A DNA stretch of 63,396 bases, filler included, from Lenisia limosa (taxonomy: Eukaryota; Protista; Breviatea): the NCBI GenBank assembly GCA_001655205.1. It is 12 parts of 12 records of this genome, joined end to end, with 100 filler letters (N's around TTAATTAATTAA, not from the genome) between each part and the next. Parts side by side here need not be neighbours in the genome. Positions count along the whole stretch, not along the records: positions 40,714 to 50,888 come from LPNZ01003004.1; positions 50,989 to 55,031 come from LPNZ01011711.1; positions 55,132 to 60,583 come from LPNZ01000767.1; positions 60,684 to 63,396 come from LPNZ01009833.1; 8 more parts are not named here. One strand, given 5' to 3'. The notes beneath the pieces are model-generated. The model had not been told where the DNA came from and did no database searches. It worked only from the letters and a program-made list of their open reading frames with translations. Positions 49,178 through 63,396 of the stretch are shown here, piece after piece; position 1 is the first letter of the stretch, and each line of letters opens with the position of its first letter. The position numbers and the translations under genes are program-made.

Positions 49178-49289
49178 AGAAGGAAATGAGGTAGTTGACA
49201 CAGAAACGTAGCCAAGCGGGGTGATATTATATTATGTAATAAAAGAATGTATGATTAGCTAAACTCCAAGAGCAGACAAGAACTCCATT

Positions 49290-49432
49290 CAGCAAAACAC
49301 AAGGAAACATCCAGGGAATTCAGAAAACACAGAAACATCCGGGGATTTCGGCAAAACACAAGGAAGCATCCAGGGAATTCAGCAAACACAAGGAAACATC
49401 CAGGGATTTTGGCAAAACACAAGGAAACATCG
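49290..49432. repeat. Minisatellite, ~32-bp unit x4-5
   Basis: Repeated CAAAACACAAGGAAACATCCAGGGAATTC(A/G)G variants. Confidence 0.85.
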
Positions 49433-50888
49433 AGGCTCAGATCGATGATATACTATCATATATCATATCCCCGTCCACAAAAACCGGTGNNNNNNNNNNN
49501 NNNNNNNNNNNNNNNNNNNNNNNNNNNNNNNNNNNNNNNNNNNNNNNNNNNNNNNNNNNNNNNNNNNNNNNNNNNNNNNNNNNNNNNNNNNNNNNNNNNN
49601 NNNNNNNNNNNNNNNNNNNNNNNNNNNNNNNNNNNNTAACATTCAGAAGAAAAATTCTTCACAATTTATGGCATTAATACATAACAGAGTTTTTGTATCA
49701 GTGATAAGCGGTTTTTAATATGTCACCGGTGCTTTTCCTACCAAAAGGAGACACAAAAAACAAGGGGAAGGGGGGGACTCACACCACATACCTGACGTCC
49801 TTAAGGTAGTCTGTCCCCTCTATCTCGTTGACAAAACAGGGTGCAGTGAGCTTGTCTTCTTTGCCACTTAAAAGCCGCTACCTCTCGTTCTGAATTTGTA
49901 CGAGAACAACAAAGCATCCAGATGATCTTCAAAGAAAGCAGTACTGAACATCTCCCGCTCCACCCCCAATTAATATGGGATCGACAAGTTTCTCATTGAT
50001 CGAATTCTAAAAGAGCTGAGAGTGAGAAAGGAAGACCAGCTAACCATAACCATGACAGTACTGATCTTCAAAGGGGAAACCTCAAATGCGGTAAATACCA
50101 CGGTCATCATTACAATTAGCCTCTAACCTGTTACAAAGGCCATCTGCAGCCCATCAGAGCTGCTTGAAATGGCAGGCCAGGCAGAAATGATCCATGACAG
50201 AATAATTCTGTCTAATTTTCGCTTTAATGCCAATACTTTCACTAAGGATCTTCATACCACCCTGTCCAACGATCTGCAACCTTGATTTTCCTTAACCGAA
50301 CAACGACTCAAATTGACTGAGACCCATCGTTACGACAGAACGAATTACTGCGTCATTCCACGGTATGCACTTGATAGTCTTTGAATATTTGACTTTATTT
50401 CTTTGTTTAGGCCAACAGCCCTTAAAAATGCCTTGGGCCACCGCCAGGTAGATCTAGAGGGGGATAAGTTTTTTTTACAAATTGAGATGCAACATTGAAA
50501 AGTGTTATATTCTTGATCAAAACATTAGTTTTGATGATTTTATATTAATTTTATCGGAAACAGAAGAAAGAAAAGTGGAATGGCCTCCAAAATAGCGACC
50601 AGAATATTTGAGGGGGTGATTATCGATCACTGAACCAAAAAAAAAATTCAAAAAAGTGTTCTTTACACTCTAGTTTATTCCTAAATCATAGCTACTTGAA
50701 ATATTACAGTGAAGTAGCAAGATAGAAGCCCTTTAAAAGAAGTCACGTTTTTTCTTCCCCCACTTCCATCCTCTAATTCCTGTTTAAGTGTTCCCCACTC
50801 CCCTTCTTAGGGCATTTCAAAGAGTAGTCTTTGTGAAGAAGTCTAAATGCCCCGAACCAAGGCCAAAGACTTTTTCCCTGTGGAAAAG

Positions 50889-50988
50889 NNNNNNNNNNNN
50901 NNNNNNNNNNNNNNNNNNNNNNNNNNNNNNNNTTAATTAATTAANNNNNNNNNNNNNNNNNNNNNNNNNNNNNNNNNNNNNNNNNNNN
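50889..50988. other. Artificial scaffold spacer 9
   Basis: 44N-TTAATTAATTAA-44N. Confidence 0.97.
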
Positions 50989-51080
50989 CACCCCCCCCCC
51001 ATCGAAATTTCCTTCGTTTTACGATCCTTTCTCAATAGTCTTTATCTAAATTTCCTTTTTTAACCTCCATCATTCATTAC

Positions 51081-54000
51081 CTTCCAGAACATCATTAAAG
51101 CCTGCTATCAACACGGCATCATCTTCAATATCTTCAGCCGTGCGGATCATCAGACTTTCTGGGAGGGGGGGGGGTAAAATTGGACAATTTATGAATATTT
51201 ACTATTGAACAAATATATATCTAGTTAGTACCCCGGTCTGAATGCGATCAGGATTAGTGTTTTTTCATTATAAAATCCCTTAAATCCCAAAAACACAAGT
51301 ATTTTTGACATAATATGTAGCGTTTAAATCCTGAGTATTTTAAATCAGATTAGAAAATAATGTTTAAGAGACTAATTTTGAACCGAACTTTGGTCATCCA
51401 ATTCCTTTATCAGCTTTATTAGACCTCTCTTTACTAAGATACATTTTAAATTTATACTATTTTTTTTCAAGAGAACATTAGAACGGACCTTCAAGGAGTG
51501 AGCTACAAAGCAAAAGTAGGTTATTCCGTAACATAAGGCCTTATATTAACTCCCTTTAGCGTCAATAACAACAGCAACATGGCCAGCAACAGCGTCAAGT
51601 CTGTATGGGCTATTTTTTTCTTTTTTCTTTCTTATTTTTCTTTTTATTAAATACCTACTGATAAACATTGATACCGGAATCAACAGCTACATCCAACCAC
51701 TTTAGCTGTAGCTTTCACCACTTTCTACCCTGAGTGTATTTCTCTCCCTGCACGCAGAGCCATTGATGCAATGACTGTAGCTTCTGAGTCAACTGCAGTT
51801 CCCTTCAGATCCGCCCTTCCTGTTGAACAGTATGTATCTGTCTAGATTATGATCTCACTATTCAATCTGTCTATTCCAAAACCCTGTTAAACCTGATTAT
51901 TATTTACTATGAAGGTCAAAGCCCTCAAGAGAGTGAATTTTGATGATGTTTCAATTGGAAAAAGAGTCACCATGACCAACCGGTACATTTCAACTTCTAC
52001 TGTCTCCAAATATATCAATGCTAAAGGAAGTGAGTCTATTAAGACGCGAGGAGGTCAAAAAGTCATTTCTGAAGGCACTGAAGATTTACTTTTGATTGAG
52101 TGTTACATCAAAATCATCGACAATCAACACATCACAAAGAATGACGTTATTGAAATTGTAGGCGTGATTTATTATTCTGTGTCTATACGCTTGACTGACA
52201 TACTATAGGCAAAAAGACTTGCTTATATGCTTGAAAGCAAGGTTATCTCCCCTGGTCCTGACTTTGTTGATGGATCCATTAACCGTCACCCTTCTCTCAA
52301 GTGCGTTGTATGTTGGGTTCTTTTATTCACCTTTATAAAAGAATGCAATTAATATAATTAATTCCAGTGGCCTCGTCGTGTTATTAAGGCACATGTCGAC
52401 TCATTTAATGTCAACAAAATACAAACCTATATTGGAAATCTTACCAAGGTACTTGAGAAATTCAAGGTTTGTTCATTTTCTTTTATTTATGTATCATCGA
52501 TTCACCCAAGGCTCATTTTTAATATGGATGAGACAACGCTTGACATCATTGAAAGGAAGACCAAGGTCATCACTCTGAAGCAAGCGAGAGGCTGTCAAGA
52601 CAAAAGGCGATTCAGTCAAGCATATGACTCTTGTCACAACCATCGGGTTCGTATTAACTATTTTTTTTATTGAAAATAATATTTTCTAGAACCAACCTGC
52701 AACAAGTCAAGAACCTTGTTCTTCTTTCCCAGAAGACTATCACCGAAGAGAAACTGAGGCTTACAAAGCTGAAGCAGTGTATTCGCCAAAAGGATGGATG
52801 GTATGATGAAGTCACTGTATTTTGAGAAATTGTTAATAATTATTTCAGAATTCCGACTTTCCTCCACTATGTTCGCAGCGTCATTGTCCCCCACGTCAGA
52901 AGTTCTCGCCAAAATGGTTCTCTTCCTGATGCTCCTGCTCTTCTGCTCACCAACGGCCACACCTCTCGGCTCACCCCTACTGCTCTCGATATCTTGGCTG
53001 AGGAGAACATAATCCTCTTCCTTCTCCCTTTCCACACTTCTCACGGCACCCAACCACTCGATCTAGTCACCTTCGGGGCGTTCAAGTCAAAATTGTCTTC
53101 AATTCTTGATCGCATCTCAAAGCCCATTGAAACAAGCAACAAGTCCCTTGGCCTTCGAGTGTTTACTTCTTGCTGCCGGACTCTTGGCACTTTCCCAAGC
53201 CCTTGATCCTCTTTCCGTTCAAAGCGCTTTTGAACGTGCTGGTATCTTTGGGAATGCACTCACTTCAGACGAACCTAAGATTGAGATCCGTCCTTCTGTC
53301 CTACTCCGTCGCTGTCCTGGTGTCTTTGGAAAGCACGGTCCTCAATGACTCTCCCACTCGCAATGTTGTCCCAGAACGACGTGACCAAATCTGCTGTTCT
53401 TATAGAACATGCGAAGAACTTATCAGATGCTGAAATGTCGGATCATCTTCTCCGTAAGCCACATNNNNNNNNNNNNNNNNNNNNNNNNNNNNNNNNNNNN
53501 NNNNNNNNNNNNNNNNNNNNNNNNNNNNNNNNNNNNNNNNNNNNNNNNNNNNNNNNNNNNNNNNNNNNNNNNNNNNNNNNNNNNNNNNNNNNNNNNNNNN
53601 NNNNNNNNNNNNNNNNNNNNNNNNNNNNNNNNNNNNNNNNNNNNNNNNNNNNNNNNNNNNNNNNNNNNNNNNNNNNCTGGTAGAGAGAGAAGCCAACCAT
53701 CCTGTTGGAAGAGGACGTGGGCGTGGACGCGGACGTGGACGTGGCCGTCGTGTTACTGTATAACTGTTTCTATTGTATTTTGGTATTTCTAAGTTTAAAT
53801 ATACTAAGTTGTTTTGAACTTTTTGGTGTTTAAAGCGAAGATATAGGAAAAATAAGGTAACTTCCTGATCGCATTCAGACCGGTGATCGCATTCAGACCG
53901 GTGTACTTATATATATAAGTACCCCGGTGAGGGATAATNNNNNNNNNNNNNNNNNNNNNNNNNNNNNNNNNNNNNNNNNNNNNNNNNNNNNNNNNNNNNN

Positions 54001-54400
54001 NNNNNNNNNNNNNNNNNNNNNNNNNNNNNNNNNNNNNNNNNNNNNNNNNNNNNNNNNNNNNNNNNNNNNNNNNNNNNNNNNNAATTTTTCAGTTTTAATT
54101 TCCACCCCCCACCTCCCGGCGCTGTGGAAGACGACATCATTGTCCAGGCCATTGCTATGACGGTCAGAGTGAGGGGGGAGGGGGAGGTAAAATAGGAAAA
54201 ATTATGGAACAAAAGTGCCCAAAAATTGGAAAATTATGAAACAAAAAAAATCGCAAATCATCACTGTTGGCTGAATACACAGGACGTAAAACCCTTCCCA
54301 TACGCGGAGGGTTCAGTTCCCTTTTGTTCCGGACGGAGAAATGCGCAAAGTCAGATGACTGTAGTCTTTCAGGGATGGTCGTTGTGTCGCCTGAGAGATC
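51081..54400 (-). CDS. Unassigned host gene whose intron contains the pogo element
   Basis: Exons 54113-54154 and 51081-51158 join in phase 1 (AMAWTMMSSSTAPG-ESLMIRTAEDIEDDAVLIAGFNDVLE) across intron 51159-54112. A further exon lies at about 54280-54400. Confidence 0.5.
51231..53903 (+). mobile_element. pogo/Fot1-like DNA transposon, full length, TA target duplication
   Basis: Left end TA|CCCCGGTCTGAATGCGATCAGGA; right end TCCTGATCGCATTCAGACCGGTG(ATCGCATTCAGACCGGTG)|TA, an inverted repeat with the right copy partly duplicated. It encloses a DDE_1 transposase. Confidence 0.9.
51909..53345 (+). pseudogene. DDE_1 (pogo/Fot1, DD35D) transposase, intron-containing and inactivated
   Basis: HTH-like N-terminus (..FVDGSINRHPSL), IFNMDET (D at 52527), SPKGWM, LLLTNGHTSR (second Asp replaced by Asn, AAC at 52952) and QPLD (GAT at 53060, 35 residues later). 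About five 40-60-bp introns and several frameshifts. Confidence 0.9.
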
Positions 54401-55031
54401 CTGGGGGGGGGGGGGNNNNNNNNNNNNNNNNNNNNNNNNNNNNNNNNNNNNNNNNNNNNNNNNNNNNNNNNNNNNNNNNNNNNNNNNNNNNNNNNNNNNN
54501 NNNNNNNNNNNNNNNNNNNNNNNNNNNNNNNNNNNNNNNNNNNNNNNNNNNNNNNNNNNNNNNNNNNNNNNNNNNNNNNNNNNNNNNNNNNNNNNNNNNN
54601 NNNNNNNNNNNNNNNNNNNGGAAAATTTAAAACAAAAAAATGATCACAATCAACAACTCTTTTGGCTGACAACACACGAGGGTTGAGAACAACAAAACAT
54701 ACCAGGCCCAATACTCAATAAACTATATGTGTTCGAATACCCCCAAAAAAATTTAACAACATCCCCATACAATCGCATGCCAGGTATCGAAAGCAGCAGG
54801 CGTAAACGTGCCTCTCTCCAAAGTAGTAGCCAAGGACAGCCTGTTATACATCCTATATCAAGTTAAAGGAAGAAAGCCTGTTATACCTCATATATTACTA
54901 GGTCAGAGAGAGAAAGCCTGTTACATATCCTATTTTGAGTTAGCGAGAGAGCCCCCTACAACCGCCGGATCTTATGATCCTAGTTTCAATAGAAAATTTA
55001 TTCTTTATGATCCTAGTTTCAATAGAAAATT

Positions 55032-55131
55032 NNNNNNNNNNNNNNNNNNNNNNNNNNNNNNNNNNNNNNNNNNNNTTAATTAATTAANNNNNNNNNNNNN
55101 NNNNNNNNNNNNNNNNNNNNNNNNNNNNNNN
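55032..55131. other. Artificial scaffold spacer 10
   Basis: 44N-TTAATTAATTAA-44N. Confidence 0.97.
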
Positions 55132-57481
<2,350 letters not shown>

Positions 57482-57827
57482 ACTAGGTATATTGACACGT
57501 GGATGTCTCTTTGTTGATGCATCCTTGGATCTGATATTTAACAACTGGTTGCTTGTTTCACACTTTTGCTTTGACAGTAAGTCTTGACCGATTTTACTTC
57601 GGAAATCATGAGCAAATCTGTCAAGACTTACCCCGGTCACTGTACGTTGGAAGGTAGATATTTATTTACGAGGCCACTAGCAAACCAGCAAAAAGGAGAG
57701 CAACGTCGTATAAAATCTTCAAATTAGGACAATAATATGATCGTAGCGATCTTCTAACTTTAAACTCAAAATGGTTTGAGTTTTTGGCCTTTTTTTCTAC
57801 ATCAACACTCATCCCCCATTTTTTTTA

Positions 57828-59161
57828 GACTCAGAAGGCACAGCAAAACGACGTTTAGACATAAACAGTAAGTGGAAAGCAGCCGTTCTCCCCACATAAG
57901 CGTGCTCATCCCCTTAGGCGGTACACAACGTCACAATGAGTGTTGAGCTCAAACGCGCGGCCTCCGAGTAAGCCTCCCCTGCAACATGCACTGATTATAT
58001 GCAACGAAACATCATAAAACAGATTGCTTAGTCCCCATTTTACATCCCATGCATATTACGCTTTCTTTTCACATTGTACAATATTTTAAATTTCCATTAA
58101 AAATACGGATTTTTTGTTTTCAAGAATGCACGAATTACATACCACCTTGGTCTTATCAACCACAATCATTACATAGAAGTCTTATCACCACCACCATAAC
58201 ATGATAGAGGTTTTATCACCACCACAATCATGATATAGAGGGCTTTTCATCCACCACAATCATGATATAGAGGGCTTATCACCACCACCATCTTATCACC
58301 ATCACCACCACCATTATGATCATCATCTCCACTACCACCACCATCCCCTTAATCTCAGTAACTCCCCTAACTATTAAGGGAGCCTATTGTCGAGGGCAAG
58401 AAGACGAAAACAGGGATCCTCCATGAAATCTACCCGGACTGTCTCAAGCTCAGGGAAGCTCAGGTGATTAGACTGGTTATCATTACGATTCTCTATAGTA
58501 CTAAAAAGACCGGTAAAATATTGGTATTTATCGAGGATATCGAGAAATGATTTATTAACCATTCCTTCCCCGGCAGCTGACATGGTTATTGACAATTTTA
58601 CTCCCATTACCCCCCAATGACCCGATTAGGATGCTGATGTCGGAGTGTTGGAGTATTTCTCGGAAGTTGAGGGTTTCAATGCGATTTTCAAACACATGTG
58701 AGCGGGGGAGAGAGGGGGTTTCAATTAATTACCACACTTTTATACTATTTTCCAAAATATAAAAAAGGACTGAACCACATTAAGCGGGAAAGAGGGGGGT
58801 AGTGTTTGAGCGGCTAATTTGATTCATAAGCCCTAGGGACAGGAACCGTCATGGGAAAATCTAACGTCAACACCGCTCGATTTTAACTCCTTGATTCTAA
58901 GTACTCGATTTTAAGTCCTCGTCTGACCCTCCAGATACGAGGACTTTGGAGTGAGCGAAGTGTCCGTCGATGGTGACGTGGCAGTCATCACGTCTGCTAA
59001 CTTGCCCCAAGAGGATTGCGCTGAAGTGGGAGTTGGGATGAGCGATTGTTTTATTCATATTCTGGGATAATGGTTTTCATTCACCTCCGCCCAGGAAAGA
59101 CCACTTGCTGAGCGCTTGTCGGATTTGGCTGCGGTTGTTGGAGACGAGCTTGCACAAAAGG
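57828..59161 (+). CDS. Unassigned multi-exon gene
   Basis: Exons AVHNVTMSVELKRAASE, EPIVEGKKTKTGILHEIYPDCLKLREAQ|DADVGVLEYFSEVE, YEDFGVSEVSVDGDVAVITSANLPQEDCAE and ERPLAERLSDLAAVVGDELAQK, with GT-AG ends. Confidence 0.5.
58170..58350. repeat. CAC/CAT-rich degenerate tandem repeat in an intron
   Basis: Repeated TTATCACCACCAC..ATCATGATATAGAGGGC units. Confidence 0.7.
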
Positions 59162-59848
59162 TTTGGAATCTGCGTGCCGGATGTATTAGTCTAGCTAGAT
59201 GAAATATTTGTATTTAAGTTCACTGATTAGTAATGTAAAACTGTGGCATGACATTTAAATGATGAGAATAACCAATAAATAAGGTAACAACCTATTCTAG
59301 AGAGATAAGAAATAAAGCATGGTTATTTGATCCGTGTTTTGGAACCGAAAGTGAAGCCGACATACGGGTATATAATACTGTAATATCATATCACATGTAT
59401 TATATGATATACTTTTATCAAGCACCAAATGAAATCAATATTTCCTATTATCTTTTTTGTTTTTAAACCACCTTTGTGCCCCTTGAATCAGCTATGAGTT
59501 CAATTTGTTGATTAGTGTTGTTTGCCCCTGTATTACTGGCTGTTATGTGCTTTCTTTCTTTCCCCGTTCCTTAACTTCATAGTATATTTGATGAAGTATT
59601 TGTATTTTATTGTTTTTTGGTGGTGTACGGGAGCTGATGGGGCCAAGCCAACAAAGTCGATTNNNNNNNNNNNNNNNNNNNNNNNNNNNNNNNNNNNNNN
59701 NNNNNNNNNNNNNNNNNNNNNNNNNNNNNNNNNNNNNNNNNNNNNNNNNNNNNNNNNNNNNNNNNNNNNNNNNNNNNNNNNNNNNNNNNNNNNNNNNNNN
59801 NNNNNNNNNNNNNNNNNNNNNNNNNNNNNNNNNNNNNNNNNNNNNNNN

Positions 59849-60375
59849 AGGTTCTTAAGTTTGCTGAGGAATCCGAAGCTTCAGCCACACGTAGAGCAGA
59901 GGCCAAAGCAGCCGGCAATAAGCCCGCGCCAGAAGACGTTTTCCATAAGTGGAACAACTGCAAGCCCGAGGAGTTCAAGGGGAAAATCCTGATCTTGAGT
60001 GTGAGCACGGAATGCCTGTTTTTTCTTGGTGCTTATCTTCTTGTTAATCTTCCTCGTTTCTGTGAAGTTATCGGGGCTTGCAGCAGATAAGAGCCGAATA
60101 AACATTCCGTGGGGCCTTAACAAACCGGCTCTTCTTATTCGTATTGCCCTTTCCCCCTTCTGCATAGTTTTGAATTCTGTTGGAAAATAATTTCTCTTAT
60201 AGATGATGTGGACAGCTTCAGCCTGATACTACTTTTTATTTTCCATTTCAACAGAGTATTATTGATTTTCCCTTCGCCACCCATTTTCCTCTGTACATAC
60301 CCTATCTGCCTTATTTTCTAGCTGGCCAAAGATAAGGACCAAAGAAGAGCGCAACATCAAACTGTCAAAGTTGGG
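59849..60375 (+). CDS. Unassigned exons
   Basis: EVLKFAEESEASATRRAEAKAAGNKPAPEDVFHKWNNCKPEEFKGKILILS and WPKIRTKEERNIKLSK, with host-like codon usage. Confidence 0.4.
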
Positions 60376-60583
60376 GGAGGGTCAGCTTTTCTTTTTTGTG
60401 TGTTTATTTTCTTTCATACTATTCCTACCGGTGTGGACGGCTTCAGCTGATACAGCCTTCTTTTATTTCTCTTCTCTATAGGATATCATATATTCAGGTA
60501 TTGTCACCAAAGTCGTAAGATGTCGATTTTTTAAGAATAAAATTTCGGTTCTGGAGGGTATACGCATATATCATATAGGTGAC

Positions 60584-60683
60584 NNNNNNNNNNNNNNNNN
60601 NNNNNNNNNNNNNNNNNNNNNNNNNNNTTAATTAATTAANNNNNNNNNNNNNNNNNNNNNNNNNNNNNNNNNNNNNNNNNNNN
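60584..60683. other. Artificial scaffold spacer 11
   Basis: 44N-TTAATTAATTAA-44N. Confidence 0.97.
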
Positions 60684-61797
60684 ACTCAGATCACACGATA
60701 CGGTCACACTAGCGGCAAAATTGAACATACGCAACAAAAAAAAGGCTTGAAATCAACTCTGGTGGCTAGCAGAACAAAACAAAATACCAGACCAGTAGCT
60801 TCTACAGCACCGCATCCCATCAATCCAGCGTAAAACGAAGGAAATTTCAATGAAGAATGGTATGTAGAAGTGAAAAATATGAAACAAAAAAGCCCGANNN
60901 NNNNNNNNNNNNNNNNNNNNNNNNNNNNNNNNNNNNNNNNNNNNNNNNNNNNNNNNNNNNNNNNNNNNNNNNNNNNNNNNNNNNNNNNNNNNNNNNNNNN
61001 NNNNNNNNNNNNNNNNNNNNNNNNNNNNNNNNNNNNNNNNNNNNNNNNNNNNNNNNNNNNNNNNNNNNNNNGCCTTTGTTCTTCGGACACTGCGCTCTAA
61101 TGGAGTATTCAGGATTATAGATATAAACAAGTTATTTGACCATAAAGGAGGGACTCTAAGGAGGAGGGAAGTGGGAGAAGAGGAGGGTTGGGGGAGGGGG
61201 AGAGCAGGGGAGAGGGTGAAGAAGGGTGAATGGGAATGGTAAGAGGCGTGAGCGAGGAATAAAAAAGCAAATAAGAGATGTGAGTATTGTGCCCAGAATA
61301 AATATGATATTTACTGATTGTGGTTGGCTGTTCGTTTTTTTCCCTCTTTCATGTAGGAAGTGGTGTAGGAAGAAAGGAAGGGAAGTTTGTGGGGAAGAAG
61401 CTTGGCAAGAGAAGAAATTGGAGACGAAGGAAGGCAAGAGCTTGTCATACCGTATTGGTCTTCTGATCAGCGGTTGATTCTGAAGGAGGTCTGGGGTGAA
61501 CTTTAGATAAAGGAGGATTAATAGAAGTATAATGCTGTTGCCATCCATAATCTTATTTATAATAGATAATGATAAATAATACATATTGCATTGTTGATTG
61601 TTTTTATTTATTTATCATCATAGAAAGCTGTTTGCACGAAAGGCAAATGATTGGGTGAATTAATATTATACTATAATCCAATATCAATATCTCTTATAAG
61701 CGTGATGNNNNNNNNNNNNNNNNNNNNNNNNNNNNNNNNNNNNNNNNNNNNNNNNNNNNNNNNNNNNNNNNNNNNNNNNNNNNNNNNNNNNNNNNNN

Positions 61798-63396
61798 CAG
61801 AAAAGCAAAATGTCGAGAAATGTGACTAATGTGACTACTCTCATGCGTGCCCAGCGAACAAAAGGTTGGACAGGGTGAAATAGGGCGTATTGAGCCCAAA
61901 TAAGGGGAAATAGGGAATATTTTGCTACTATATTCCCCCAAAACAATGGGAAATAGTGTGTATTACACTGCTTGAAAACCTTAGTTCTTCGCCGATTTTT
62001 CAATACCTCATAAAACTACGCTGTCAACTTGCGAGTGGACTTGCTTATTTTAGTGGGATCCCTGGCGATCCTTAAATCTCAGTAAAAAAAAATAGTTATT
62101 GAACTCCTTGTAATCCAAAATAATCACATGGAGCAGTACTGTATTTTTTTATATATATACTGAGATCGCTTTACTTTCGGTTCCACGGGCGTTGAGGATT
62201 TATCGAGATTCAGTTTTTTGGAACCGATTGTGATTTCTACGTTTTCTATTCCACAATGTCCTCTAGCTTCCCAAGAATTTCCTAACTTTTTTTTTGAACA
62301 AGAGAAATAACATTAGAAATCGAAACAAATAACTTCCTAGGACGACCAGACACGTTCATCCAAAAAGTCGGAGTCAATTCCGTGGATTATGATGCTATGA
62401 TGGCGGCGGTGGAACAGGTTGAGTCAAGCAATCGCTCCGTCTTGAAAAAAGTGGGATTAGGGCTTCATTCGGCTTCGGAAAATTACTGAATTTCTCGATG
62501 AATCATTATATGTTTTGATGGTTTACCAATTTTTTATGTTACTGGGAGCAGCTGTATGTATACAGTGACCGGGATTCTTACACGTCCTGCACAGATTTCC
62601 TATCGAAGATCCTGCTCTTTTCACCCCCCCTCCCTCTCCCCCTCAGGCAGGAACTTTGAAAAAGAAGGCTGTATCTTCGCGAAACCGAGCCAAAAATGAG
62701 GAACTGTGCAGGAAGTGGATTGCTGAAATGGAAGCCATGACCAACAAACGGNNNNNNNNNNNNNNNNNNNNNNNNNNNNNNNNNNNNNNNNNNNNNNNNN
62801 NNNNNNNNNNNNNNNNNNNNNNNNNNNNNNNNNNNNNNNNNNNNNNNNNNNNNNNNNNNNCACGAACCGAATAATATGAAACTCCAAACAAACAAAAAAA
62901 GCAATAACCAACACGAACAACCAACGCTAGAACTAGGTGTGTGTGTGTGGTTGGTGCCCTCTTTCTTTGGCACAGATATCTGTTTCCGAGGTGGGGGGAT
63001 CTTCATATCAGTCTACATTATGGCTTCATTTATTTGTTTGTTTCATCAATATTCATTTGTTATGTACCTTTACTCTTCATTGAAATTTCCTTCGTTTTAC
63101 TCCATACCCGGTATCGCTCTCTATTTATTTGACAATCTGAAATGTTTATAGAAATCTACTGTTCATTACATCGTGTCCCTGATTTAGTGGAAATATAATA
63201 CATCCAGCTCTGTGATTTGTAGGGCTCCGTGCAATTAATTTTTGGAAGAAATTAATTGACAAAGTTTGAAATTAAAATGTCTGAAATGGGGTTCCCATGT
63301 CAAAATCTAATTTATTCCAGGCTGAGAGTGGAGGCTCAAATAGACGCTTTAGAAGACCTGCCGACTGACGCTCTCATGACCGATGTTCCCGAAATA
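61798..63396 (+). CDS. Unassigned multi-exon gene, possibly with a PH-like helix
   Basis: Exons GRPDTFIQKVGVNSVDYDAMMAAVEQ.., AGTLKKKAVSSRNRAKNEELCRKWIAEMEAM (resembles a PH C-terminal A..EE...WI helix) and LRVEAQIDALEDLPTDALMTDVPEI. Confidence 0.4.

Noticed and set aside
58374-58607. Minus-strand LRR-cap-like ORF
   Set aside because: The plus strand has phase-compatible GT-AG exons in the same place; no LRR consensus.
59881-60165. Minus-strand CAAX-protease-like motif (VVPLMENVFWRGLI)
   Set aside because: The EE motif is not intact, the frame stops soon after, and the plus strand gives a better exon with host-like codons.

Overview
Draft eukaryotic genomic DNA, not one contiguous locus. 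Eleven artificial 100-bp spacers (44 N + TTAATTAATTAA + 44 N) join 12 unrelated scaffolds, so adjacency across spacers means nothing. The organism is intron-rich, uses the standard code and has flagella/cilia. Genes rebuilt exon by exon by eye: SPT5 (3' half), an axonemal dynein heavy chain (AAA3-AAA4-stalk), a DLEC1/FAP81-like protein, DUS2, an RMI1/TDRD3-type OB-fold protein and a Na+/K+-ATPase alpha-type P-IIC pump (3' half), plus several unassigned multi-exon genes. Mobile DNA includes a TIR/TA-bounded pogo/Fot1-like element with an intron-containing dead DD35D transposase, at least four short intronic repeat/MITE families, weaker transposase remnants and long hairpins. A ~100-bp 28S rRNA fragment sits inside an intron. 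The most unusual signal is a Crypton-type tyrosine recombinase gene whose N-terminal and C-terminal exons lie head-to-head on opposite strands yet would splice together in frame. All protein assignments come from manual translation and remembered family motifs; no database searches were run.
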